64,000 bases of DNA. Origin: Candidatus Lloydbacteria bacterium (GTDB taxonomy: Bacteria > Patescibacteriota > Minisyncoccia > Phycocordibacterales > 21-14-all-47-15). Position 1 is the first letter of the stretch. Each line of letters starts with the position of its first letter. A program made the position numbers and the translations under genes. Below the pieces are notes generated by a model. That model did no database searches. It worked only from the letters and a program-made list of their open reading frames with translations, and was not told where the DNA came from. This document shows positions 53,522 through 62,835 of this stretch, one piece after another. Location of the stretch: NCBI GenBank assembly GCA_016214545.1, contig JACROH010000001.1:116239-180238 (forward strand), given 5' to 3'.

Positions 53522-55648
53522 ATGAAAAAAATAAATTTTAATTTTGCCGTATCTAATTTTGCCGTTCTTTTGGCGGCGGCTTTTCTTTCTTTTTCGGGCA
53601 TAGCCGCACATGTGGCAACTGCGGCCGATAACGCCTGGGCGGATTACATAAATTCAGGTAAGACCTTTTATGTAATATTTGATGCCGCTACCTTTGATGA
53701 TTCCGGCTGGCAGGGAGCGAAAGACCCGATGGGCACGCTCAAGGCGGGCGAAACCTACACCGTCGTCTATAATCCCGCGACCACCAATTGGGCGGTGACC
53801 GGCTACAACGAAGGCACTGGCGGGAGTCTTTCTTTCGGATATAAAACGACCAGCCCGAAAGACGGGAAACTAAATCTTTGGGGGAGAGTGTACGCGTTTA
53901 ATGCTTCGGGAGAAGTCGTTGACAGTGCTTATGGTCTTGTCGGGCACTTGAGCAAGACGGCAAAGCCGCAAAGCGTTTATCCGATAAAAGAGCTCGGTAG
54001 CTGCAAGAGCGAAGCCGACTGCAAATCATACTGCGATAATCAAAACAATATTTCGGCCTGTGTTTCCTACGGCGAGAAAAATGGTCTTCTCACTAAAGAG
54101 CAAGCCGAACAATCAAAAAAATTTGCCGATGTGCTGAAAGGAGAGGGTCCGGGCCAGTGTAATTCAAAAGCCTCATGCGAAGCTTTTTGCAGTGATTTGA
54201 AAAATATTGATTCCTGCCTTTCTTTTGCCGAAAAGCACGACCTGATTCCGGCCGGGGCGCTCAAAGAAGCCAAACAGGTGGCGCAGGCGCTTAAATCCGG
54301 AGCCACGATGCCCGGAGGCTGTAAAAACAAAGAGTCTTGCTCAAATTATTGCGCCGTTTCAACTCATGCCGAAGAGTGTCTTGGATTTGCCGAGAAGGCC
54401 GGTTTTGTGAGCGCGGAAGAAGCGAGCCTTGCAAGAAAAGTGTTGCCACTTATCAATTCGGGCGAATCGCCGGGCGGGTGCAAGACGAAAGCTGAATGTC
54501 AAAAATATTGCGACAATGATAGCAATACAACCGAATGTTTGAATTTTGCCGAAAAAGCGGGGCTCATTAGCCCTGAAGATGCGGCAATAGCAAAGAAAGT
54601 GGGAGGAAAAGGCCCGGGCGGATGCCGTTCAAAAGATACGTGCGATGCGTTTTGCAATAACCTCGGCAATCAGGAAGTGTGTTTCCAGTTTGCCAAAGAG
54701 CACGATATTATTCCTTCCGACAAACTGAAAGAAATAGAAGATGGCATGGGAAGAATGCGTGCCGGATTGAAGCAGTCGCCGAAAGAGGTTATTCAATGTT
54801 TGAAGGATAATTTCGGAGAAAATGTCATCGGGCAAATCGAAAGCGGTAAATTTATGCCCGGACCTGAAATGGGAGCAAAAATAAAAGATTGCTTTGAAAA
54901 AAATATGGGCAAAATGGTAGAACAGCTGCAAGGGGCGCTCAATCAGGCGCCGCCCGAAACGGTTGCTTGTCTTGAAAAAGGGCTGGGAGAATCCGGAGAG
55001 CTAGAAAAAATAAAAGCGGGAGAAGCGCCAAAACCGGAACAGGGCGATGTGCTCAGAAAATGTTTTGAAAATATGCGGGTGGAAGGAATGAAGAAGTTTC
55101 AGGAAGGATTGGGCCAAATGCCGGAAGAGGCGCGGGCGTGCATAGAAGAAAAGCTCGGAAAAGATAAAGTATCGGCCATTGAGAGAGGCGAGGATGTCGA
55201 GATCGGACCCGAAATCGGGCAAGTAATGCAAGGATGTGCGGGGACGATTAAAGAATCGGCGCTCAAAATGATGGAAGATCGATTGAGTGGTGCGCCGCCT
55301 GAAATTCGCGATTGCATCAAATCAAAAATAGGTGATGTGTCGAAAATGACGAGTGCGCCGTCGAATATCCAGGAGATTATTGCCGGTTGCATGGCAAACT
55401 TCAAGCCGAATATCCCCGCAAGCTTTAAACCTGAAAATATACCGGAAGGGCTCAAGCCGGGAGATATTCCAAACGGGGAAGACTTCAAGATTCCTTCAGG
55501 AAACTTTGGCCCGTCATCGGGTGAGGGCAGTGCGCCTTCTGCCGGAGTCGCGCCGGCGGCCGACTGCAGTCTTTTTGCCTCGGTGCCGTCATGCTCCTAT
55601 GTGCCTGAAGCGGCACGAGACATGTGTGAAAAGTGCAAAGGGGATTAA
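53522..55648 (+). CDS. Secreted protein with five tandem ~53-aa 4-Cys repeats, then a second set of Cys-containing helical repeats
   Basis: Signal peptide MKKINFNFAVSNFAVLLAAAFLSFSGIAAHVATA. Repeats C-x5-C-x3-C-x7/8-C-x3-AEK (CKSEADCKSYC..., CNSKASCEAFC..., CKNKESCSNYC..., CKTKAECQKYC..., CRSKDTCDAFC...), later E..C(L/I)..K.G repeats. Confidence 0.8.
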   Translation: MKKINFNFAVSNFAVLLAAAFLSFSGIAAHVATAADNAWADYINSGKTFYVIFDAATFDDSGWQGAKDPMGTLKAGETYTVVYNPATTNWAVTGYNEGTGGSLSFGYKTTSPKDGKLNLWGRVYAFNASGEVVDSAYGLVGHLSKTAKPQSVYPIKELGSCKSEADCKSYCDNQNNISACVSYGEKNGLLTKEQAEQSKKFADVLKGEGPGQCNSKASCEAFCSDLKNIDSCLSFAEKHDLIPAGALKEAKQVAQALKSGATMPGGCKNKESCSNYCAVSTHAEECLGFAEKAGFVSAEEASLARKVLPLINSGESPGGCKTKAECQKYCDNDSNTTECLNFAEKAGLISPEDAAIAKKVGGKGPGGCRSKDTCDAFCNNLGNQEVCFQFAKEHDIIPSDKLKEIEDGMGRMRAGLKQSPKEVIQCLKDNFGENVIGQIESGKFMPGPEMGAKIKDCFEKNMGKMVEQLQGALNQAPPETVACLEKGLGESGELEKIKAGEAPKPEQGDVLRKCFENMRVEGMKKFQEGLGQMPEEARACIEEKLGKDKVSAIERGEDVEIGPEIGQVMQGCAGTIKESALKMMEDRLSGAPPEIRDCIKSKIGDVSKMTSAPSNIQEIIAGCMANFKPNIPASFKPENIPEGLKPGDIPNGEDFKIPSGNFGPSSGEGSAPSAGVAPAADCSLFASVPSCSYVPEAARDMCEKCKGD

Positions 55649-55740
55649 AAAAAGACCTGATAATGTTGATTTAAAAATACCCGTATGCCGCTGGTGTACG
55701 GGTATTTTTATTTGGCTTCAAATCGCGAAGTTTCAATCTG

Positions 55741-55758
55741 CGGAGAGGGAGGGATTCG
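55741..55758 (+). repeat. 18-bp exact direct repeat of the tRNA-Ser 3' end (cggagagggagggattcg); att-like
   Basis: Identical to 55941-55958, exactly 200 bp away, on the side beyond the tRNA 3' end. Confidence 0.7.
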
Positions 55759-55940
55759 GTCAGGAGTCGGTTATTTTTATACTACGCTTCGCTTCGTTAA
55801 AAATATACCGCTCACGACCCTGGCTCGGCGGAAAGAAAAGTTTTGCAAACTTTCCTCCGCCTCCGCCTTTCTAATCCCTCCTCGCGTCGATAGACGCCAA
55901 ATTTTGATAGCTATGAAAACGCTATCAAAATTTGTCGTTA

Positions 55941-56027
55941 CGGAGAGGGAGGGATTCGAACCCTCGATCCAGTTACCCGGATGCCGGTTTTCGAAACCGG
56001 TGCCTTCGACCACTCAGCCACCTCTCC
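55941..56027 (-). tRNA. tRNA-Ser (anticodon CGA), long variable arm
   Basis: Reverse complement GGAGAGG-TG-GCTGAGTGGTCGAAGGC-A-CCGGT-TTCGAAA-ACCGG-CATCCGGGTAACTGGATC-GAGGG-TTCGAAT-CCCTC-CCTCTCC-G. Confidence 0.85.
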
Positions 56028-56089
56028 ATCGGAGCCTATAATAGCACGCCCTTGTGTTTTTTTGAATGTTTGTTATGATAAAGCGCATT

Positions 56090-56407
56090 ATGACATTTGC
56101 TATTATAGAAACGGGCGGCAAGCAGTATCGCGTCTCGGACGGCGATGCTTTGATGATAGAAAAATTGCCGGGTGAATATAAAGAGGGCGATTCGGTCGTG
56201 TTTGATAAAGTGCTTCTTTTTGACGATGGCAAAACAACGAAAGTCGGAGCACCCTATATTGAAGGGGCGACTGTTGAAGCGTCTTTTGAAAAAGTTGGTA
56301 GGGCAAAGAAAGTAACGGTCATCAAATACAAACAAAAGAGCCGCTATTTCAAAAAGAGAGGACACCGCCAGCCGTTTACGAAAGTAAAAATCGATAAAGT
56401 AAAATAA
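56090..56407 (+). CDS. rplU: 50S ribosomal protein L21
   Basis: [26 protein letters not shown]...; start at ATG 56090 within ORF 56066. Confidence 0.9.
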   Translation: MTFAIIETGGKQYRVSDGDALMIEKLPGEYKEGDSVVFDKVLLFDDGKTTKVGAPYIEGATVEASFEKVGRAKKVTVIKYKQKSRYFKKRGHRQPFTKVKIDKVK

Positions 56408-56408
56408 C

Positions 56409-56441
56409 AAAAAAATTCCGCTCACAAGCGGAATTTTTTTA
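56409..56441 (+). terminator. Bidirectional rho-independent terminator
   Basis: aaaaaaattccgctcacaagcggaattttttt between rplU (+) and recR (-). Confidence 0.8.
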
Positions 56442-57059
56442 ACCTCTATTTTTGAGAGCGTTTTTAAACGTGTCGGTGTCGGAGTATTCAAGCTCGGTGC
56501 CGGTGGAGAGGCCGCGGCCGAGAGCGGAAAGTCGGAGCGAATATTTTTTCACGAGCGGCTCAAGTGTTTTTGCGACATACTGTGCGGTATTTTCTCCCTC
56601 GCGTGTTGCTCCCATGGCAAGGATGATTTCTTTGAGCGCGCCGCTTGCGGCTTGTTTGTCCGCTTCTTCTACAAGCTCCTTGATGCTTATTTTTTCATTC
56701 GGGTTTGGCTCAAGTATCGGCAGGGAGCCGCCCAAAAGAAAATAGCGGCCGTGGTAGGCGTTTGTTTTTTTGATTGCTTCAAAATCGGTTTCTTTTTCAA
56801 CGACAAGCAGTGTTGCATTGTCGGTATTTGGAGAAGCGCAGATATCGCACAAGATGGAAGTGGTGCCTCCGCGCATGAAAAATCTTCGGCACGAAACGCA
56901 TTGCGATACGGCTTCATCAAGCGTCAAAATCTGTGCCGCGAGCATTTTGCGAAAAACACTCCCGCTTGAGAGCAAAAAATAGACAAATCGCTTCGCCTGC
57001 CGCGGCCCGATCCCCGGGAATTTCAAAAAATATTCAGCGAGTTTTTCGATGGGATTCAT
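56439..57059 (-). CDS. recR: Recombination protein RecR
   Basis: MNPIEKLAEYFLKFPGIGPRQAKRFVYFLL HhH; C4 zinc finger CVSCRRFF...CDICA; Toprim region. Confidence 0.9.
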   Translation of the reverse strand: MNPIEKLAEYFLKFPGIGPRQAKRFVYFLLSSGSVFRKMLAAQILTLDEAVSQCVSCRRFFMRGGTTSILCDICASPNTDNATLLVVEKETDFEAIKKTNAYHGRYFLLGGSLPILEPNPNEKISIKELVEEADKQAASGALKEIILAMGATREGENTAQYVAKTLEPLVKKYSLRLSALGRGLSTGTELEYSDTDTFKNALKNRG

Positions 57060-57186
57060 GCAAAAAGTATAGCGTATTTATCATAAGCGAGCTACGTTTG
57101 ACTTTTATCTTATTTTTGGCATGCTTAGTGGCAGATTAGACCGTACGAATTGTTTTTTAAAACCGCTATCAAGGAGGAGGCTTCAA

Positions 57187-57837
57187 ATGAACAAGACAAG
57201 TAATACTGAATCTGAATCGCCAACTATTGCCTGCAGAGAGGCGCGGTTGTTGTTGCCGGGAATGGGGATGCGAGCTGCGGAACGAGATGGATTTTCCACC
57301 GAGGAAGTCTCTGCGTATCAACATTACTTAGGATGCTCTGAGTGTACCGAGCTGGGGATGTCGTCTCTCGCACGTGTGCCTATGACTTGCCAACGGGCTG
57401 CTGAAATTGCCGCAAGCGCTATAGACCAAACAGGCTTATTTTTTGATTCTGGGACAGTCCTTGAAACAGCGGCGCGAGAGCATATTTATGGGCGCGGATT
57501 CAAGAGAACCTCTTTTGCTTTTGGTTCGATTTATAAACGGGGGACAGCTTGCACATGCTCTCTTTGTAAAAAGATAGCTCAGTATTGGTGTAGTATCCCT
57601 TTTAGCTCGTCGTATGACGGGGACACCGAAGGAGTAAAATTTTTACCCCGTCTTATTTCTTGGTTCTACGAGCTTTCCTTGCCGCTGGATGTTTTGTTTG
57701 AAATCCAGGAGAAAGAGATAAAGAAGATGATTTCATCTGCCGTTAGACATGCAGAAAAAGAGGCTATTCTTTTGCATGTGGAGATATTGCAGGGAATGGT
57801 TCTCGAAAAGAAAGAAAAAAAACCAAAAAAATCTTGA
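57187..57837 (+). CDS. Hypothetical Cys-containing protein (216 aa)
   Basis: ATG 57187 preceded by aaggaggagg RBS, within ORF 57121; CSECTELG and CTCSLCKK motifs; no known family. Confidence 0.65.
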   Translation: MNKTSNTESESPTIACREARLLLPGMGMRAAERDGFSTEEVSAYQHYLGCSECTELGMSSLARVPMTCQRAAEIAASAIDQTGLFFDSGTVLETAAREHIYGRGFKRTSFAFGSIYKRGTACTCSLCKKIAQYWCSIPFSSSYDGDTEGVKFLPRLISWFYELSLPLDVLFEIQEKEIKKMISSAVRHAEKEAILLHVEILQGMVLEKKEKKPKKS

Positions 57838-57847
57838 GGAAAAAATG

Positions 57848-57876
57848 AAACCGCTCATAACGAGCGGTTTTTTTAT
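57848..57876 (+). terminator. Bidirectional terminator
   Basis: aaaccgctcataacgagcggttttttt between convergent genes. Confidence 0.75.
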
Positions 57877-57879
57877 TGA

Positions 57880-59262
57880 TTAAAAATCTCCGAATGAGTC
57901 ATCGGCGCTTTTCAGGACTTGCGAGCCGCCGAATCCGCTTTTGTCAACGCTCAAGAAAGTGCTCTTTTTGTCGTCGAAGTAGAGATCCACTTTTCCGGTC
58001 GGGCCGTTGCGGTGCTTTTCGATGAGAATCTCCGTAACATTTTGTCTTTCAGAATTTTCATCTCGGTCTCGGTGAATAAACATCACCACGTCGGCGTCTT
58101 GTTCAATACTGCCCGAATCGCGCAAGTCGGAAAGACGAGGACGCCCGCCGCGCTGTTCAACAGCGCGATTAAGCTGCGAGAGGGCAAGCACCGGCACGTC
58201 TAATTCGCGCGCGAGCGCCTTGAGCGAGCGCGAAATCTCCGTAACCTGCTGCACCATTGAATCGGAGTTTCGTGAGCCGGTTGACGGTGTCATGAGCTGG
58301 AGATAGTCAACGACGATGAGCCCCAGGCCGTGCTCGCTTTTTAATCGGCGCGCGACCGAGCGCATGTTCAAGATATTGTTGCCGGCCTGGTCGTCGATGT
58401 ATATCGGCGCGTGCGCCAGACGGTCGAGTGCATCGCGCAAGTGGGTAAATTCTAAGTCGGCGTTTAATTTTCCGGTACGGAGTTTCCATGCGTCCACCTT
58501 TGATTCTGCCGCGAGCATGCGGTCAACGAGTTGTTGTGAGCTCATTTCAAGCGAGAAGATGCCGACGGGGATATTGTGTTTGGTTGCCGCGAGCCGCGCG
58601 ATATCAAGGGCGAGAGATGTCTTTCCGACGGATGGCCGCGCGGCAAGAATAATCAAATCGGATTTTTGCAAGCCGGCGAGTTTGTTATCGAGCTCCGGAA
58701 AACCGGTCGGTACGCCGCGCATTTCGTCGCCTGCTTTGTGCAGTCTATCAAGCCGCTCCCATGCCTCGGCGAGCGTTTCTTTCAGCGCGACAAACTGATG
58801 CCTGACCCCCGTGTTGGTTACTTCAAAGATTTTTTTCTCCGCTTCGTCGAGCACGTGCTCTATTTCTTTTTCTTCCTGATAGCCCAAATCGGCAATATGG
58901 TCGGCGGCGGCGAGCAAATTTCGCAAAATATGCTTTTTTCTGACGATATCTCCGTAGTGCTTGATGTTGGTAGAGGAAGGGACGGTGTTGACAAGCTCGG
59001 TCAGATACGAGCTTCCGCCGACGCTTTCAAAAATTTTCTGCTCTTTTAATTTTGCAGCGAGCGAAATCAAATCAATCGGCTCGTTTTTGCCGAAGAGGGC
59101 GAGCATTGCCTGATAGATTTTGGCGTGCTTGTCGACGTAGAATGTGTCGGGCGTGATGAACGCGACGATGTCGTTTATCGTTTGCGGACGGAGCATGATG
59201 GCGCCCAGGAGCGCTTTTTCGGATTCAATATTTTGCGGCGGGATTTTGAGAGCGTCTGACAT
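57880..59262 (-). CDS. dnaB: Replicative DNA helicase DnaB
   Basis: N-terminal PPQNIESEKALLGAIML; Walker A GARPSVGKTSLAL; RecA-like C-terminal domain. Confidence 0.95.
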   Translation of the reverse strand: MSDALKIPPQNIESEKALLGAIMLRPQTINDIVAFITPDTFYVDKHAKIYQAMLALFGKNEPIDLISLAAKLKEQKIFESVGGSSYLTELVNTVPSSTNIKHYGDIVRKKHILRNLLAAADHIADLGYQEEKEIEHVLDEAEKKIFEVTNTGVRHQFVALKETLAEAWERLDRLHKAGDEMRGVPTGFPELDNKLAGLQKSDLIILAARPSVGKTSLALDIARLAATKHNIPVGIFSLEMSSQQLVDRMLAAESKVDAWKLRTGKLNADLEFTHLRDALDRLAHAPIYIDDQAGNNILNMRSVARRLKSEHGLGLIVVDYLQLMTPSTGSRNSDSMVQQVTEISRSLKALARELDVPVLALSQLNRAVEQRGGRPRLSDLRDSGSIEQDADVVMFIHRDRDENSERQNVTEILIEKHRNGPTGKVDLYFDDKKSTFLSVDKSGFGGSQVLKSADDSFGDF

Positions 59263-59504
59263 GGTGCTAGTCTAGCACAAAATTATTTGTGCGAAAGAGG
59301 TTTTTTGCTTAACAAACTGGACAAAGTGTTCGTAAAGTGGGGATGAGGATTGATTGATATTTCTTCAGGATTCTCGGCGGGTATTACCGGGGGGTTTGAC
59401 AAACTTGTATAATATGCTACTCTTTAAAAAGAGCTAAATATTCTTTGAAATGCAGGATATCTTACCACACTAAATTTTTTCTTTTTGGGAAGGGGCCATA
59501 ATAT

Positions 59505-60035
59505 ATGTATTACTTTGCTTACGGATCAAATATGGATACGAAACAATTGGAAACAAGATTCGGGGGATTGAAGAATAAAAAATTTTCCGTCATCGGGAGT
59601 GCGATACTATTAAACTATGCGATTAAGTTTAACAAAAGAAGTAGCAAAGATGGAAGCGGCAAGGCCAACATTGTCCCCCATCGAAAATCAAAAGTTGAGG
59701 GTGTGATTTTTGATTTGACCGGAAAGCAGTTTAGTGAGCTAGACACTTACGAAGGTGGTTATCACCGCGATAACATGTTAATTAGCCTAGGTAACCAATC
59801 TATAATAATTGCCACTGTGTATGTGGCTGATACCGATGCATTGTGCGACGGGTTGCGTCCGACGAAAGAGTATCTCAATAAAATTCTAAAAGGAGCGAAA
59901 AATTTTCAGTTGTCCCGCTCGTACCAGAAAAAGTTATCAAAATTTAATAGCCACTTGCGAGGAGGTCACCATGGAAATCTGGACGTTAAATGCCAAAAGA
60001 AACGCTTACTTAAAAACCCCGATTGCCGAGGATAA
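59505..60035 (+). CDS. Gamma-glutamylcyclotransferase-like (AIG2/GGCT fold) protein with a basic C-terminal tail
   Basis: MYYFAYGSNMDTKQLETRFGG... YGSN hallmark plus downstream E; ~39% GC, lower than neighbours. Confidence 0.7.
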   Translation: MYYFAYGSNMDTKQLETRFGGLKNKKFSVIGSAILLNYAIKFNKRSSKDGSGKANIVPHRKSKVEGVIFDLTGKQFSELDTYEGGYHRDNMLISLGNQSIIIATVYVADTDALCDGLRPTKEYLNKILKGAKNFQLSRSYQKKLSKFNSHLRGGHHGNLDVKCQKKRLLKNPDCRG

Positions 60036-60074
60036 AAAAAAGCTTTAATGTGTGAGCTAGAGGTGGTGTTGTGT

Positions 60075-60338
60075 ATGAACAAACCACGACTACAATACGG
60101 GGATTATTTTATTGTTTTTTCTGAAGAAGAAAAACAGAGGATTAGGGAGGCAACCTTGCAGTTATTGGGGCTAAAAAGTGAGGCCACTTTCCTTAATTAT
60201 CTCATGTGTCATTATTTTAAGGGAGGAATATACGCTGCTTATATAACAGATAATCCAAGAGACATGAGAAACCTGATTGTGGATGCGGACCCGAACAAGC
60301 CCAATAAGAACATTCTTGTCGTGGTAGTCGAAAAATAA
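60075..60338 (+). CDS. Small hypothetical protein (87 aa)
   Basis: ATG 60075 with gaggtgg RBS, within ORF 60048; co-oriented with the GGCT-like gene in the same AT-rich pocket. Confidence 0.45.
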   Translation: MNKPRLQYGDYFIVFSEEEKQRIREATLQLLGLKSEATFLNYLMCHYFKGGIYAAYITDNPRDMRNLIVDADPNKPNKNILVVVVEK

Positions 60339-60351
60339 GGAGCAAACAAAT

Positions 60352-60391
60352 CAAATCCACTTAGACGCTGGGCGTCTAAGTGGATTTTTTT
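60352..60391 (+). terminator. Bidirectional rho-independent terminator
   Basis: aaatccacttagacgctgggcgtctaagtggattttttt. Confidence 0.8.
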
Positions 60392-61770
60392 ATTGAGAAG
60401 CCGTCTTTGGTGTCGCTCATTTCGTAGCCCAGGCTTGCGATTTTTTTGCGGAGTTCGTCCGCTTTGGCGAAGTCGCCTGATTTTCGCGCGGACTCACGCT
60501 CTTCCGCGAGTTTTTTTATTTCTTCCGGTATCGGTTCTTCCGCGGTGTGTTCTTTCGCACGCGTCAAATCAAGCCCCAAGACGCGGTCAAAATCGAGCAA
60601 GGTCGCTTTTTTATCGGCAGAAGAAATGGAATCGTCTTTTACGAGTTCCCAAACGAGGGCGATTGCGCGCGGGGTGTCTAAATCCTCGGAAACTATACCA
60701 GCGAATCTTTTTTGATATGGAGAGTTGATTGAGCCTCCGTCTTTGTATCCCACGACATTTCTATATAATTTTTCAAGCGCTGTTTGCGCGGCTTTCACGG
60801 CGTCTTCAGTGAAGTTGATCGTTTTTGTGTAATGCGCGGTGAGAAGCCAATAGCGATAGGCGAGCGGACTTATTCCTTTTTCAACGAGTGTCTTAAGGCG
60901 AATAAAATTTTCCGTCGATTTTGCCATTTTACCTTCGGGCACATTCACAAATCCGCTGTGCATCCAGTAATGGACGAACGGCTTGCCGGTGGAGCTCTCC
61001 GATTGCGCGATTTCGTTGGTGTGGTGCACTGGGATATGGTCAATACCACCGGTGTGAATGTCAAATGTTTCGCCGAGATACTTCATGCTCATCGCGGAGC
61101 ACTCAATGTGCCAGCCGGGGAAACCCAAGCCCCATGGGCTCTCCCATTCTTGCTCGCGTTTTGCTCCGTCTTTTGGAGAGAATTTCCAGAGTGCGAAATC
61201 GGTCACGTTTCTTTTTTCCGGATTTTTTTCTATTCGCGCGCCTTCTTTGAGTCCCTCTATGTCTAGTTGCGCAAGCGCGCCGTATTCTGGGAAGGTGCTC
61301 GTGTCAAAATAGATGCCGTCGCTTGTGCGATAGGCATGCCCGCCTGCTTCCAGTTTTTTAATAAGCGCAATCTGTTCGGGAATATGCTCGGTTGCTCTAG
61401 GGTACTTATCGGCGCGTTCGATATTGAGCATATCCATATCGTGGTAAAAAGCGCGTATGTATATGCTTGTAATTTCCTGCGCGCTTTTACCTTCGCGCTT
61501 GGCGCTCTTTTCAACTTTATCCTCACCTTCATCGGCATCTGATGTGAGATGCCCGACATCAGTAATATTGATTATCTGATTCACCTTAAAATTTTCATAC
61601 TCAAACATTCGCCGCAAGGTGTCGGCGAAAACATATGCGCGGAGATTGCCGATATGCGCGTAGTTATAGACCGTCGGCCCGCAATGGTACATTGAAACAT
61701 ACCCCTGCGTGAGGGGCTCAAACGTCTCCTTTTTTCTCGTCAGTGTGTTGTAAAGCAAAATCATGCCCAA
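60376..61770 (-). CDS. cysS: Cysteine--tRNA ligase
   Basis: YHCGPTVYNYAHIGNLRAY HIGH region; KMAKS motif; zinc-binding Cys/His. Confidence 0.95.
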   Translation of the reverse strand: MGMILLYNTLTRKKETFEPLTQGYVSMYHCGPTVYNYAHIGNLRAYVFADTLRRMFEYENFKVNQIINITDVGHLTSDADEGEDKVEKSAKREGKSAQEITSIYIRAFYHDMDMLNIERADKYPRATEHIPEQIALIKKLEAGGHAYRTSDGIYFDTSTFPEYGALAQLDIEGLKEGARIEKNPEKRNVTDFALWKFSPKDGAKREQEWESPWGLGFPGWHIECSAMSMKYLGETFDIHTGGIDHIPVHHTNEIAQSESSTGKPFVHYWMHSGFVNVPEGKMAKSTENFIRLKTLVEKGISPLAYRYWLLTAHYTKTINFTEDAVKAAQTALEKLYRNVVGYKDGGSINSPYQKRFAGIVSEDLDTPRAIALVWELVKDDSISSADKKATLLDFDRVLGLDLTRAKEHTAEEPIPEEIKKLAEERESARKSGDFAKADELRKKIASLGYEMSDTKDGFSIKKST

Positions 61771-61813
61771 ATCTTATTTCGTCTTCGCTCGGACGAAATA
61801 CCGGTTAATACCT

Positions 61814-62731
61814 TTATATCCACTTTTTATGTTTGAAAAATATAAACATGAAAATGGTCGCTAGCCCCATGCCGCTCAAAATAATCCAAAAATCATTGGG
61901 CATTCCGACGATAGGGAGCATCTGAGTGTTCATTCCAAAAATAGACGATATGAGCATGAGCGGGAAGGTGACAAACGCCATCACGGTGAGGGTCTTCATT
62001 ACCTCGTTTGTTTTCGTGGTGAGAAGCGCATCGTTGGTATCACGGAGCCCAAGGAGCGTCTCGCGGTTGCTTTCGAGGATGTTTGAAATTTTGTAATATT
62101 CACCGGAAATCGCGTGCAGATAGTAGGCGAAATCTTCACCAAAAAATTTTTTTCCCGCCACTTCAAACGACGCCAATACTTCCTGGTGCGGGCGGGTCGC
62201 CTGTCTGAAATTGAGAAGATTGCGGTTTACTTTTGAAATCTCAAATACCATTTGTTTTTCTTCCCCGTGGAAAATGCGGGACTCGATGTCTTTTAGGTCG
62301 GTTGTCACCGAATCAAGCTCTTCTTCGAGGAATTTGTAGAGCTGGCGCACGAGATAGAAGAATAAAAATCCGGCGTGGTCGCCCAAATTGCTTTTATCGA
62401 GGATGGAGTTTACTTCAAACGCTTTTGAAAATTCATAAAGTGTATCGATACGCTTGTAGTGTGTTGTAATCAAAAAATTTTTCCCAATAACAAAATCAAT
62501 TTCTTGGTCGGTGTTGTTTTGCTCGGGCGAGCGCGCAAAAAAGGGGAAATGCAAGATAAGGTAGATGAGGTTGTGGTGGAGCTCCACTTTCGGGCGGAGG
62601 GTCGGCGAAAGAAGCTCGTTGGCGACAAGCGGATTGATGCCGTATTCGTCGGCTAGGGATTGAATCTCTTCAGAGGTTGGATTTTCAATATCAATCCAGG
62701 TGAGTTTTTTGTGTAGGTGTTTGGTAATCAT
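61814..62731 (-). CDS. corA: Magnesium/cobalt transporter CorA
   Basis: C-terminal two TM helices with FGMNTQMLP (GMN motif). Confidence 0.9.
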   Translation of the reverse strand: MITKHLHKKLTWIDIENPTSEEIQSLADEYGINPLVANELLSPTLRPKVELHHNLIYLILHFPFFARSPEQNNTDQEIDFVIGKNFLITTHYKRIDTLYEFSKAFEVNSILDKSNLGDHAGFLFFYLVRQLYKFLEEELDSVTTDLKDIESRIFHGEEKQMVFEISKVNRNLLNFRQATRPHQEVLASFEVAGKKFFGEDFAYYLHAISGEYYKISNILESNRETLLGLRDTNDALLTTKTNEVMKTLTVMAFVTFPLMLISSIFGMNTQMLPIVGMPNDFWIILSGMGLATIFMFIFFKHKKWI

Positions 62732-62835
62732 GATGTAGTGTTTCTTCGTGCAGAATTATCCATCGTTACTTTATATCAAGTATACTGTTTCGGCTGTTTG
62801 ACCACAAGTAGATAGTTTGCGATAATACATCGCAA

